64,000 nucleotides of DNA from assembly GCA_026003995.1 (NCBI GenBank), contig BPIG01000001.1, forward strand, positions 505,444 through 569,443. Reading direction: 5' to 3'. Made by a program: the position numbers and the translations under genes. Of the stretch, positions 38,874 to 48,253 are shown piece after piece (position 1 is the first letter of the stretch; every line of letters begins with the position of its first letter). The notes below the pieces were generated by a model. That model saw nothing but the letters and a program-made list of their open reading frames with translations. It was not told the DNA's origin and ran no database searches. The stretch is from Tepidiforma sp. (GTDB lineage Bacteria; Chloroflexota; Dehalococcoidia; Tepidiformales; Tepidiformaceae).

Positions 38874-40040
38874 TCAGAGCATGAACGTATCGGTCGGCAG
38901 GCCGAGCATGATGCGGCCGACGACCTCGTAGGTCGGCTGGCCGACCATGACGTGCTGTGTGAGGGTGTGGATGTCGCGGAAGTGGCGCTGGAGGGGGCTC
39001 GCTTCGTAGATGCTCGTGCCGCCGCCGAGGTCGTAGCAGATATCGACCGCGCGGGTGCAGCTCCGCGCTGCGTGGGTGGCGGCGAGCCGGAGCCCGGCCC
39101 GGTCATCGAGCGAGAGCGCCTCGCCGCGCTCTGCTGCGGCCCAGGCGCTGCCGATCGCGTCAGCAAGGAGCGCCCGGCTGCTCCGGAGCAGGGCTTCGGC
39201 CTCGGCGATGCCGGCCTGCGCCGCCGCGCGCTCGGCGAGGACGCGGCGGCTGCCAGTCGGGGTTTTTGCCCCGGCAAGGCTGACGAGTTCGTCGATCGCC
39301 GCACGCGCGATGCCGAGGCCTACCGCCGCGACGCCGAGCGCCAGCAGCCCGTACATCGGGAAGCGGTAGAGCGGGCCTTCGGGCCAGGGCTGGACGCCGC
39401 CGATGCCGGCGGTGTGGCGCTCCGGCACGAACAGGTCCGCGACTTCGTAATCGTGGCTGCCGGTGCCGCGGAGACCCGAGACGTGCCAGGTATCGTGGAT
39501 GACGTAGTCGCCGGCGCGGAAGAACGCCATGCGGAGGTGCGGGTGGCCGCCGGGAAGGGGCTCCGGCGCTCCGCTTTCGTCGACGACGGTGACGCCGCCG
39601 AGGAGCCAGGTGCAGTGGGGCGAACCGCTGCCGTAGGCCCAGCGGCCCGTTACCCGGTAGCCGCCTTCGACCCGCCGGGCAGTCCCCCGCGGCATGAGCA
39701 TGCCGCCGGTGATCGAGCCGGGGTCGCCGTGGATCTCCCGCGCGCCCTCCGGCGGGAGGAGGGCCGCGGTAATGCCGGTGGTGGCGGCGATCATCAGGCA
39801 CCAGCCGGCTGCGCCGTCGCCAGCGGCGACGGTTTCGATCGCCCCGACGAGATCGGCGACGGTGGCCTCGGCGCCGCTGAGTTCGCGCGGCACGAGCATC
39901 CGGAACAGGCCGGCGTCGCGCAGGGCGGCGACGACCGGGGGAGCGAGCCTCCGGTCCCGCTCGGATTCGTCGGCGTAGCGGCGGGCGAGCGGCGCTATCT
40001 CCCGCGCCGCATCGATGAGCGATGACGTGGCGGCCGGCAT
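38874..40040 (-). CDS. acyl-CoA dehydrogenase-fold flavin-dependent monooxygenase (group D, HsaA/DszC-like oxygenase component)
   Basis: ATG 40040 follows GGAGG. AGWCLMIAATTG, GRWAYGSGSPHCTW and VSGLRGTGSHDY resemble HsaA-type oxygenases rather than true acyl-CoA dehydrogenases. This call is inferred from motifs only. Confidence 0.7.
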   Translation of the reverse strand: MPAATSSLIDAAREIAPLARRYADESERDRRLAPPVVAALRDAGLFRMLVPRELSGAEATVADLVGAIETVAAGDGAAGWCLMIAATTGITAALLPPEGAREIHGDPGSITGGMLMPRGTARRVEGGYRVTGRWAYGSGSPHCTWLLGGVTVVDESGAPEPLPGGHPHLRMAFFRAGDYVIHDTWHVSGLRGTGSHDYEVADLFVPERHTAGIGGVQPWPEGPLYRFPMYGLLALGVAAVGLGIARAAIDELVSLAGAKTPTGSRRVLAERAAAQAGIAEAEALLRSSRALLADAIGSAWAAAERGEALSLDDRAGLRLAATHAARSCTRAVDICYDLGGGTSIYEASPLQRHFRDIHTLTQHVMVGQPTYEVVGRIMLGLPTDTFML

Positions 40041-40098
40041 GGCAGCAACCTCCTGCAGGCCGCGAAGCGTAGGCGCCGCGGTGGCGCTTCGCAAGATA

Positions 40099-40248
40099 TC
40101 AGGCAGCCTTCTTCGACCCGAACGGCCAGGGGAAGCGGCACTTCTTCTCGTTCCGTTCTTCGGCGGGGCCGGCGAAGCCCCTGCCGCAGCCCTGGCAGTA
40201 GGCGTAGACGTTCAGGTTTTCGCGGCCGCACCACGGGCACTTCCGCAT
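40099..40248 (-). CDS. 49-aa zinc-ribbon protein (not in ORF track)
   Basis: GGGGGAGAA RBS, then ATG 40248. MRKCPWCGRENLNVYAYCQGCGRGFAGPAEERNEKKCRFPWPFGSKKAA*. It has CxxC(10)CxxC, high GC3, and fills the gap between two co-directional genes. Confidence 0.6.
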   Translation of the reverse strand: MRKCPWCGRENLNVYAYCQGCGRGFAGPAEERNEKKCRFPWPFGSKKAA

Positions 40249-40314
40249 CGTTCTCCCCCTCGGCGAATCCCGGACGAACGCCGGGAACCTTCGTGTGCCG
40301 GGATTGTACCCCGC

Positions 40315-41382
40315 TCAGCGGAAGCGGCGCGCCGCGAGGATGGGCCAGGTATCGACGATTTCGCCACCGCGCCGGACGTAGTACACGTCGTGCAGGTTCA
40401 GCGTGGTGTCGCCGTGGCTCGGGATGAGCTCGATGCGGTCGCCCGGCGCGAGCGCAGCGACACCGTCGCCGACGATGATGGCGTGCTCTTCGCTCAGCCG
40501 GGCGGCGCGGAGCCTGCCGTCGGGCGAGACGGGCGGACCGAACTCGTTGGTCAGTGACTTCATGCCGCAATCGGCCACGGCGTAGCGTTCTTTGACCGAC
40601 GTGATGGTGGTCAGCAGCGTCAGCGCGAAACGGAACTGACCGGGGATGAACGGCTCGTTGTGGAGGTCGTTGAAGACGTAGGTGCCGGCCTGGAGTTCGG
40701 TGACGAACGGCATGGCAGCGGCGATGGGGACGCTGGCGGTGCCGGAGGTCGAGACGATGGCGGGCGCCAGCCCGGCTTCGGCGAGCGCCTCCACGTGCCC
40801 CCAAACGGTGTCCAGCGCCTGGCGGATGAGCGCCTCCCGCGGCCCGGCTTCGGGCTGGCCGTACATGTGGCCCTCGTAGCCCATGATGCCCCGGTAGTCG
40901 ATGCCCTCCTCGAGGAGGAGGCGGGCGAGGCGGACGGTCTCCGCCGGGTCGGCGGTGCCGCAGCGGTGCATGCCGGCGTCGACTTCGATCACAGCGGCAG
41001 CGCGGACGCCGGCTTCGCGGGCGGCGCGGGCGAGCTCGCGGACGTTGAACTCCGATTCGACAGCGATGGTGATATCGACGCCGCGGCGCAGGAGCGCGGT
41101 GAGACGCGCGAGCTTTGGTGCGCCGACGACCTGGTTGGCCATGAGGATCGGACCGAGCCCAGCGTCGGCGAGCACCTCGGCCTCACCGAGCTTGGCGACG
41201 GTGATGCCGATGGCGCCGGCCGCCAACTGCATGCGGGCAACCTGGGGGCACTTCGGCGTCTTGAAATGCGGCCGAAGGCGGACCGGGCTGCCCTCGAGCA
41301 GGCGCTGCATGCTGGCGATGTTGTCTTCGACAGCATCGAGGTCGAGCAGGAGGGCCGGGGTATCGATCTCGTCGAGGTGCAT
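40315..41382 (-). CDS. D-TA family PLP enzyme (alanine racemase N-terminal fold; D-threonine aldolase / D-serine dehydratase-like)
   Basis: 355 aa. [19 protein letters not shown]-lysine region LRPHFKTPK, and a C-terminal beta-barrel with LIPSHGDTT. Confidence 0.78.
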   Translation of the reverse strand: MHLDEIDTPALLLDLDAVEDNIASMQRLLEGSPVRLRPHFKTPKCPQVARMQLAAGAIGITVAKLGEAEVLADAGLGPILMANQVVGAPKLARLTALLRRGVDITIAVESEFNVRELARAAREAGVRAAAVIEVDAGMHRCGTADPAETVRLARLLLEEGIDYRGIMGYEGHMYGQPEAGPREALIRQALDTVWGHVEALAEAGLAPAIVSTSGTASVPIAAAMPFVTELQAGTYVFNDLHNEPFIPGQFRFALTLLTTITSVKERYAVADCGMKSLTNEFGPPVSPDGRLRAARLSEEHAIIVGDGVAALAPGDRIELIPSHGDTTLNLHDVYYVRRGGEIVDTWPILAARRFR

Positions 41383-41424
41383 GGCGGGGACTGTACGGCG
41401 CAGCGGGCGCGGCCGCCAGCCCGG

Positions 41425-43278
41425 TCAGCCGCTGCGGCCTGCCTCGAGGGCGGCGTACTTCGCCTTGCGGGCTTCCTTCGCCCGGAGCGCCGGGTTGAGC
41501 TCGGCTTTGCGGATGCGGATGGCCTTCGGCGTCACCTCGACCATCTCGTCCGGGGCGATGAGGGTGAGCGCCTGTTCGAGGCTGGGCGGCTGCGGCGGGA
41601 CCAGCTTGACGGCGATGTCGGACGTCGAGCTGCGGATGTTCGTGAGGTGCTTCGCGCGGCAGACGTTCACATCGAGGTCGTTATCGCGGCTGTGGAGGCC
41701 GACGACCATGCCGACGTAGACCTCGTCGCCGGGGCTGATGAAGAGGATGCCGCGCTCCTGGGCGGCGGCGATGCCGTAGGCAAGGGCGGTGCCGGTTTCG
41801 CTGGCGACGAGCGCACCGGAACGGTGCCGGCTGATGTCGCCGGCCCACGGCCGGTAGCCGAGGTACTCGGTGTTCATGATGCCTTCGCCGGCGGTGCCGG
41901 TGACGAACGTATCGCGGAAGCCGATGAGGCCCCGGGTCGGGATGTCGAATTCGAACCGGACGCGGCCGTCCTCGCCGGAGTGCATCCCGACCATCTGCGC
42001 TTTGCGGCCGGAGAGTGCCTCGATGAGGAAGCCGGTGGCGGACTCCGGCGCTTCGATGTAGAGGCGCTCGAACGGCTCTTCGCGGCCGGCGGGCCCATCG
42101 CGGAGGATGACTTCTGGCCGCGTGACGGCGAACTCGTACCCTTCGCGGCGCATCGTCTCGACGAGGATGGCGAGGTGGAGCTCGCCGCGGCCGCTGACGA
42201 TGAACTGGTCGGGAGAATCGCCTTCTTCGACGCGGAGCGCGATGTTCGTCTCGACTTCGCGGAAGAGGCGCTCGCGAAGCTGACGGCTGGTGACGAACTG
42301 GCCTTCGCGGCCGGCGAACGGCGAATCGTTGACGCGGAACGTCATCTTCACGGCCGGCGGCTCGAGCGCGATGGCGGGCAAGGGCCTGGTGACCTCGGGC
42401 GCGGCGAGCGTCTCGCCGATGAGGACGTCCGGCACGCCGGTGACGGCGACGATGTCGCCGGCCTCCGCGGACTCGAGCTCGACGCGGTCGAGGCCGCGGA
42501 AGCCGAAGACTTGCCCAACGCGGAAGTTCGAGACCGCGCCGTCGTGGGCGAAGCGCTGGATCGCCATGCCCGGCCGGACGGCGCCGTCCCGAATCCGTCC
42601 GACGGCGATGCGGCCGCGGTAGCTGTCGTAGAGCAGCGTGGTCACCAGCATCCGGAAGGGGGCGGAGGCGTCGCATTCCGGCGGCGGGATGTGGTCGAGG
42701 ATGGCACGGAAGAGCGGCCCCATGTCGCCGGAGCGGACATCAGGCGAGGTGCCTGCGTAGCCGTCGCGCGCGCTGGCGTAGATGACCGGGAATTCGAGCT
42801 GGTAGTCGTGGGTCGCGAGTTCGAGGAAGAGGTCGGAGGTGAGGTCGAGCACCTCGGCCGGGCGGGCGTTCGGACGGTCGATCTTGTTGATGACGACGAC
42901 GGGGTGGAGGCCGAGCTCGAGGGCCTTGCGCAGGACGAAGCGGGTCTGGGGCATCGGCCCTTCGGCAGCATCGACCACGAGCAGGCAGCCGTCGGCCATG
43001 TTGAGGACGCGCTCCACTTCGCCGCCGAAGTCAGCGTGGCCCGGCGTGTCGATGATGTTGATGCGGACGCCGGCGTGCTCGATGGCGGCGTTCTTCGCCA
43101 TGATCGTGATGCCCTTCTCGCGCTCGAGCGGGTTCGAATCGAGGATCAGCTCGCCGACCTGCTCGTTCTCCCGGAAGACGCGGGATTGTTTGAGCAGCGC
43201 GTCGACGAGGGTCGTCTTCCCGTGGTCGACGTGGGCGATGATGGCGACGTTGCGGATGTCGGCGCGGCGCTCGGGCAT
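41425..43278 (-). CDS. typA: translational GTPase TypA/BipA
   Basis: Start set to [27 protein letters not shown]-motifs DTPGH and NKID. About 617 aa. The upstream 280 codons of the listed ORF are junk opposite clpP. Confidence 0.95.
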   Translation of the reverse strand: MPERRADIRNVAIIAHVDHGKTTLVDALLKQSRVFRENEQVGELILDSNPLEREKGITIMAKNAAIEHAGVRINIIDTPGHADFGGEVERVLNMADGCLLVVDAAEGPMPQTRFVLRKALELGLHPVVVINKIDRPNARPAEVLDLTSDLFLELATHDYQLEFPVIYASARDGYAGTSPDVRSGDMGPLFRAILDHIPPPECDASAPFRMLVTTLLYDSYRGRIAVGRIRDGAVRPGMAIQRFAHDGAVSNFRVGQVFGFRGLDRVELESAEAGDIVAVTGVPDVLIGETLAAPEVTRPLPAIALEPPAVKMTFRVNDSPFAGREGQFVTSRQLRERLFREVETNIALRVEEGDSPDQFIVSGRGELHLAILVETMRREGYEFAVTRPEVILRDGPAGREEPFERLYIEAPESATGFLIEALSGRKAQMVGMHSGEDGRVRFEFDIPTRGLIGFRDTFVTGTAGEGIMNTEYLGYRPWAGDISRHRSGALVASETGTALAYGIAAAQERGILFISPGDEVYVGMVVGLHSRDNDLDVNVCRAKHLTNIRSSTSDIAVKLVPPQPPSLEQALTLIAPDEMVEVTPKAIRIRKAELNPALRAKEARKAKYAALEAGRSG

Positions 43279-43395
43279 AGTTCCAGTGTGCGGGAGCGTT
43301 CGAGTCCGGTGAAGCCGAGCCGGGACGCCGCCGCCCCACTTTGCGAAACCGGAGCGCGGGCCGCACACTGGAGGCAGCATGACCGGAGGGCCGCG

Positions 43396-44091
43396 ATGAG
43401 CAGCAGCTATGACCTGATCCAGGAACTCGTCGCCGGGAAGCGGCCGGATGCAGACCTCGTCCGGCCAAAGGACATCATGCCGTTCGTCATCGAGAGCGAC
43501 GGCCGGCGCGAACGGGCCTATGACATCTACTCGCTCCTCCTGAAGGAGCGGATCGTCTTCCTCGGCACGCCGATCGACGCGATGGTGGCGAACCTCGTCG
43601 TCGCGCAGCTCCTCTACCTGGCGCGAGAGGACGACGAGAAGGACATCATGATGTACATCAACTGCCCGGGCGGGAGCGTGACGGCGGGGCTGGCGATTTA
43701 CGACACGATGAACCTGATCCGGCCGAACGTCTCGACGCTGTGCATGGGGCTGGCCGCGAGCATGGGGACGGTCATCCTCTGCTCGGGCGCGAAGGGGAAG
43801 CGGTACGCGCTCCCCCACAGCACGATCCACCTGCACCAGGTGCTCGGCGGCGCGCAGGGCCAGGCGCGGGACATCGAAATCCAGGCGCGGGAGACGCTCC
43901 GGCTCCAGCGGGTGCTCCGCACGATCATCCAGGAGCGGACGGGCCAGCCGATGGAGAAGATCGAGCACGACACGGACCGCGACTTCTGGCTCGACCCGCC
44001 GGCGGCGAAGGAGTACGGGCTCATCGACGAAATCCTGGACCGGCCGCCGAAGGGCGAGGGCAGCCCCAACGGCAAGGTGGCCGCGAACTAG
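43396..44091 (+). CDS. clpP: ATP-dependent Clp protease proteolytic subunit
   Basis: ATG 43396 follows [25 protein letters not shown], catalytic Ser in GLAASMG, His in IHLHQ, Asp in DRDFWL. Only the last 232 codons of listed ORF 40660..44091 are real. Confidence 0.93.
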   Translation: MSSSYDLIQELVAGKRPDADLVRPKDIMPFVIESDGRRERAYDIYSLLLKERIVFLGTPIDAMVANLVVAQLLYLAREDDEKDIMMYINCPGGSVTAGLAIYDTMNLIRPNVSTLCMGLAASMGTVILCSGAKGKRYALPHSTIHLHQVLGGAQGQARDIEIQARETLRLQRVLRTIIQERTGQPMEKIEHDTDRDFWLDPPAAKEYGLIDEILDRPPKGEGSPNGKVAAN

Positions 44092-44128
44092 CTCCCCCGC
44101 CGGTCCGAACGACACCAGGTAAACGAAC

Positions 44129-44163
44129 GCGCCCCCGGAAGTTCCCGGGGGCGCTTCTGTTTC
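44129..44163. terminator. bidirectional intrinsic terminator between convergent clpP and sucC
   Basis: GCGCCCCCGG, loop AAGTTC, CCGGGGGCGC, followed by TTCTGTTTC on the + strand. Confidence 0.7.
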
Positions 44164-44179
44164 GGTCGAACCGGGCGCG

Positions 44180-45439
44180 TCAGGCGGCGCCGGCGGCCTC
44201 GACGGCCTTTTTCGCCGCTTCGAACAGGCCGTTGGCGCGGATGAGCGGGAGGCCGGATTCCTTGATGAGCTGCTCGCCCTCGGCGAGGTTGGTGCCGACC
44301 AGCCGCATGACCACCGGCACGTCGATCTTCATCTGGCGGTGCGCCTCGATGACGCCCTGGGCGATGATGTCGACCCGGGCCATTCCGCCGAAGATGTTGA
44401 CGAGGATCGCCTTCACAGCGGGGTCTTCGAGGATGACCTTCATGGCGTTGACGACGCGCTGCGGGTCGTTGACGGTGCCGATATCGAGGAAGTTCGCGGG
44501 TTCGCCGCCGGCGAGCTTGATGGTATCCATGGTCGCCATGGCGAGGCCCGCGCCATTGACGATGCAGCCGATGTTGCCGTCGAGCTTGATGAAGTTCGCG
44601 ACACCGAGCTGCTGCGCCTTCACCTCGAGCGGGTCCTCCTCATCGAGGTCGCGCAGGGCGGCGAGCTCCTTCTGGCGAAAGAGCGCGTTGTCGTCGATGT
44701 TCAGCTTGGCATCGACGGCCACGACACGGCCGTCGGCAGTGAGCGCGAGCGGGTTGATTTCGACGAGACTGGCGTCGGTCGCCATGAGGGTTCGGTGGAG
44801 GCCTTCGACGACCTTGCCGAACTGGTCGGCCTGGTCGCCGCTGAAGCCGAGCCGGGCAGCCAGCGTACGGCCGATGTAGGGCGAGTAGCCGGCGGCCGCG
44901 GGGACGGGCATGCGGACGATCGCCTCCGGGTTGTTGTGGGCGACGACTTCGATCTCCTGGCCCCCCTCGGCGGACGCCATGATGAGGGGACATCCCTGCA
45001 TGCCGTCGATGATGGCGGCGAGGTAGTACTCCTTCGCGATGTCGGTCTGTTCGGCCACGAGGACGTTCTTGACGAGCTTGCCTTCGGGGCCGGTCTGGAT
45101 GGAGACGAGGTGCTTGCCGAGAATGGCGGCGGCGGCCTGCTCGGCCTCTTCGGCGGTATCAGCGAGGCGGACGCCGCCGACGCGGTCGCCGCGAACCTTG
45201 CCGGAGTAGTTCTCCGGGTCGCTGATGAGCTTCTGGTACATGTCGGCGGTTTCGGACTGCGCGACGAGGCGGCCCTTGCCGCGGCCGCCGGCATGAATCT
45301 GCGCCTTCACCACGACCTTGCCGCCGAGTTCCTCGGCAATCTTGCGCGCCTCGGCCGGGGTCGCGGCGACGCGGCCCGCGGTGACCGGCACGCCGTTCTT
45401 CGCGAGAAGGTCGCGCGCCTGGTACTCATGAAGTTTCAT
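44180..45439 (-). CDS. sucC: succinate--CoA ligase (ADP-forming) beta subunit
   Basis: Start set to MKLHEYQARDLLAKNGVPV. AQIHAGGRGKG, DGNIGCIVNGAGLAMATMD, VNIFGG. About 419 aa, with an extra ~31-aa segment after the GGRGKG loop. No sucD follows. Confidence 0.92.
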   Translation of the reverse strand: MKLHEYQARDLLAKNGVPVTAGRVAATPAEARKIAEELGGKVVVKAQIHAGGRGKGRLVAQSETADMYQKLISDPENYSGKVRGDRVGGVRLADTAEEAEQAAAAILGKHLVSIQTGPEGKLVKNVLVAEQTDIAKEYYLAAIIDGMQGCPLIMASAEGGQEIEVVAHNNPEAIVRMPVPAAAGYSPYIGRTLAARLGFSGDQADQFGKVVEGLHRTLMATDASLVEINPLALTADGRVVAVDAKLNIDDNALFRQKELAALRDLDEEDPLEVKAQQLGVANFIKLDGNIGCIVNGAGLAMATMDTIKLAGGEPANFLDIGTVNDPQRVVNAMKVILEDPAVKAILVNIFGGMARVDIIAQGVIEAHRQMKIDVPVVMRLVGTNLAEGEQLIKESGLPLIRANGLFEAAKKAVEAAGAA

Positions 45440-45486
45440 GGGGTGCTCCGGTAGGGATTGCGGAGGAAGCGTACCGCCTCGGGCCG

Positions 45487-46194
45487 CTAGCCGATAGCGC
45501 GGCGGGCGAGGACGACGGTGATGTTGTCGGGGCCGCCAGCATCGTTCGCGAGGCCGATGAGGAGGGACGCGGCGCGCTCGAGGTCCGGCGAGCGCAGGGC
45601 CTCGGCCAGCGCGTCGGCCGGGACGAGGTGGTAGAGCCCGTCGGTCGCGAGCAACACGGCCTCCGGGACGGGCAGGTCGCCGGCGTCCGGTTCGAGCTCG
45701 CCGGCCATGCCGAGGCAGCGGGTGAGGACGTTCGCCAGGCCGGGGTGGCCGCCCGGCTCGGCGGCGAGGTTGTGGTCGCGGGTGACTTGCCGGAAGCCGT
45801 CTGCATGGAGGACGTAGAGGCGGGAATCGCCGACGTGAACCCATCGGAGGGCCGCAGATTCGAGGAGCCCGGCGGTCAGCGTGGTCCCGGCCCCGGGGGT
45901 GCCGAGGCGGGCGGCGGCCTCCCGGAGCCGGCGATTCAACGCCGCCACGCCAGCCGCGAGGTCGCTTGCCTCTCCCGGGCGGTCGATGAGCCAGCGGGCG
46001 AGGTCGTCGACGGCGTAGCGTGCGGCCCAGGCGCCGTTGGGGTGGCCGCCCATGCCATCCGCGACAGCGAGCAGCAGGCCGGCGGAGGTCTCCCGCACGA
46101 TCCAGGCATCCTGGTTTTCAGCCCGGCGTCTGCCGATATCGGTCGCAGCCGCCCAGCGCCAGCCGCGCCACGTGCCCCCGGCGAGTTCGCTCAT
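45487..46194 (-). CDS. PP2C-family Ser/Thr protein phosphatase
   Basis: RRRAENQDA, AVADGMGGH, LLATDGLY, DNITVV motifs. Confidence 0.9.
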   Translation of the reverse strand: MSELAGGTWRGWRWAAATDIGRRRAENQDAWIVRETSAGLLLAVADGMGGHPNGAWAARYAVDDLARWLIDRPGEASDLAAGVAALNRRLREAAARLGTPGAGTTLTAGLLESAALRWVHVGDSRLYVLHADGFRQVTRDHNLAAEPGGHPGLANVLTRCLGMAGELEPDAGDLPVPEAVLLATDGLYHLVPADALAEALRSPDLERAASLLIGLANDAGGPDNITVVLARRAIG

Positions 46195-46208
46195 GCCCGA
46201 CTACGATA

Positions 46209-46239
46209 CTGCCCCGGGCGAGCGTACGCCCCGGGGCAG
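46209..46239 (-). terminator. stem-loop downstream of the 46272..46835 gene
   Basis: CTGCCCCGGG (46209-46218) pairs with CCCGGGGCAG (46230-46239). There is no clear U-tract. Confidence 0.4.
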
Positions 46240-46271
46240 CGGAGCCTTCGCGAAGGCGCGAGACCGGGAGA

Positions 46272-46835
46272 TTACTGGCGGCGCGAGGCGGCCCAGCCCA
46301 TGCCGGCGAAACCGAGCGAGGCGAGGCCGGCCATCGCCACGATCCACCAGGCGCTCGGCGCGTCCGCATGGGCCCGGGACGTGCCGGCGACGGGCGGGCG
46401 CGGGGTCGGCGTCGCGGCCGGCGGCTGGGTCGCGGCGGGGGTCGGGGTGGCGCTCGTCAGCGCGAGGTCGAGCTGGACGAGCTCGTAGTTCCGCCACGAG
46501 CCGGTTTGCGGCGCGGCCCGGCCGCCGACCACGAAAGTGACCTGGGCGCCCGGGGTGCCGCAGCCTGCCTGCGTGGCGGCGCCGGCGACGTCGATGACGT
46601 AGCGGGCTTGGCCGCCCTGCAGGAACACGGTGGCGACACCGCAGCTGGCGTTGCCAACGCGCGCTTCGATGGGCGTGCCGGCGGGCGCCGGCTGCCCGTC
46701 GATGGTGACGCTGCCAGCGAACCGGGACGGCGGCTCGGGCGGGGACTGGGCGAACGCGGTATCGGCCGCGAACGTGCTGCCTGCGAGGAGCGCGGCCACA
46801 ACTGCCGCGCCGGCGAGTCGTTTCAACGGATGCAT
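46272..46835 (-). CDS. secreted protein with Thr/Pro-rich linker and C-terminal TM anchor plus basic tail
   Basis: ATG 46835 follows GGAGGGAG. Signal peptide MHPLKRLAGAAVVAALLAGSTFA, a ~100-aa two-Cys beta-rich domain, TPTPAATQPPAATPTPRPP linker, then WWIVAMAGLASLGFAGMGWAASRRQ*. Confidence 0.7.
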   Translation of the reverse strand: MHPLKRLAGAAVVAALLAGSTFAADTAFAQSPPEPPSRFAGSVTIDGQPAPAGTPIEARVGNASCGVATVFLQGGQARYVIDVAGAATQAGCGTPGAQVTFVVGGRAAPQTGSWRNYELVQLDLALTSATPTPAATQPPAATPTPRPPVAGTSRAHADAPSAWWIVAMAGLASLGFAGMGWAASRRQ

Positions 46836-46966
46836 GCTGCTCCCTCCATCCGGTCGCTGGTTTCGTTGACTCCAACGAGTATGCCGGCCGGGAATGTTCC
46901 GGGGGATGGTTTCGTGGCAGCGCTGTGTAATCTGCGTGTGAAACGTGCAGTTGGGTAAAGGCCGGG

Positions 46967-48253
46967 TCAACCGGCCGGGGCGGGATGGACCGCGGGGATC
47001 AGGTCGGTGCGCAGGTAGGGCTGGAGCACGTGGGGCACGGCGATGCTGCCGTCCGGCTGCTGGTAGTTCTCCATCACGGCGATGACGGTGCGCGGCAGGG
47101 CGAGGCCAGAGGCGTTGAGCATGTGGGGGTGCCGCGGCGCGGCTTCCGGCGCCGGGCGGTAGCGGATGTTGGCGCGGCGCGCCTGGAAATCGAGGCAGTT
47201 GGAGGCGGAGCTGACCTCGAGCCATTCGCCCTGGCCAGGCGCCCACACCTCGAGGTCGAACGTGCGCGAGGCGTTGAAGCCGAGGTCGCCGCTGCAGAGC
47301 GCGACCACGCGGTGGGGGAGCTCGAGCGCGGCCGCGATGTGCTTCGCGCGGCTGACGAGCAGGTCCAGCTCGGCGGCGCTCTGCTCCGGCTCGCAGTAGA
47401 CGAACATCTCGACCTTCTCGAACTGGTGGCCGCGCTTGATGCCGCGCACGTCGCGTCCGGCGCTCATCTTCTCGCGGCGGAAGCAGGGCGTGTGCGCGAC
47501 GAACCGCTGCGGGAGCTGCCCCGGCGGGATGATCTCGTCGCGGTGGTAGTTGACCAGCGCCACCTCGGCCGTCGGGATGAAGTAGAAGTCTTCCTCGGCG
47601 TCGCGGTAGAGGTTGTCGCGGAACTTGGGCAGCTGGCCGGAGGCGAGCAGCGACGCTTCGGAGAGCATGTAGGGCACGTAGGCCTCGGTGAAGCCGGCCG
47701 CGGTGTGCTCATCGAGCATGAACTGGATGAGGGCGCGCTGGAGCCGGGCGAGCGGCCCCTTCAACACGTAGAAGCGCGAGCCGGCCATCCGCGCGCCGCG
47801 TTCGATATCGAGGCCGTCGACGATCGTCCCGAGCTCCCAGTGAGGACGGGGAACGAAATCGAAGGCGCGGGGCTCGCCGATGCTCTCGACGACGACGTTC
47901 GAGGTCTCGTCCGGGCCGCGCGGGACGGCCTCGTCGACGATGTTCGGGACTTCGTAGAGCCGCTGCTGGAGCTCGTCTTCGATGGCGCGGAGCTTCGTTT
48001 CGAGGCGCTGGATTTCATCGCCGACGAGCCGCATCTCGGCGATGCGGACTTCGCGCTCGGCCGGGTCCTTCGCTGCGCCGATGGCTTTGCTCGCCGCGTT
48101 GCGCTTCGCCCGCAGGGATTCGACCTGCTGGAGGAGCTGGCGGCGCTGGTCGTCGAGCTGGAGGATGCGGTCGATATTGACGTCGGCGTTGCGCAGGAGC
48201 ATGTCGCGGCGAACGCGCTCGGCGTTTTCGCGAATGAACTGGATACTCAGCAT
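46967..48253 (-). CDS. serS: seryl-tRNA synthetase
   Basis: Start set to MLSIQFIRENAERVRRD. N-terminal coiled coil, class II motifs (FRRE...RGIKRGHQFEKVE, GSASNC..FQARR). About 428 aa. Confidence 0.95.
   Translation of the reverse strand: MLSIQFIRENAERVRRDMLLRNADVNIDRILQLDDQRRQLLQQVESLRAKRNAASKAIGAAKDPAEREVRIAEMRLVGDEIQRLETKLRAIEDELQQRLYEVPNIVDEAVPRGPDETSNVVVESIGEPRAFDFVPRPHWELGTIVDGLDIERGARMAGSRFYVLKGPLARLQRALIQFMLDEHTAAGFTEAYVPYMLSEASLLASGQLPKFRDNLYRDAEEDFYFIPTAEVALVNYHRDEIIPPGQLPQRFVAHTPCFRREKMSAGRDVRGIKRGHQFEKVEMFVYCEPEQSAAELDLLVSRAKHIAAALELPHRVVALCSGDLGFNASRTFDLEVWAPGQGEWLEVSSASNCLDFQARRANIRYRPAPEAAPRHPHMLNASGLALPRTVIAVMENYQQPDGSIAVPHVLQPYLRTDLIPAVHPAPAG

Noticed and set aside
40660-43395. 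The 5' 2.7 kb of the listed 1143-aa ORF ending at the clpP stop. Similar long 5' extensions occur on the listed ORFs for typA (to 44115), sucC (to 45844), serS (to 49312), argG (to 63477) and the nitroreductase (to 39304).
   Set aside because: The upstream parts are compositionally junk and overlap real genes on the other strand. Family N-termini with RBSs occur internally, and I trimmed the starts accordingly.
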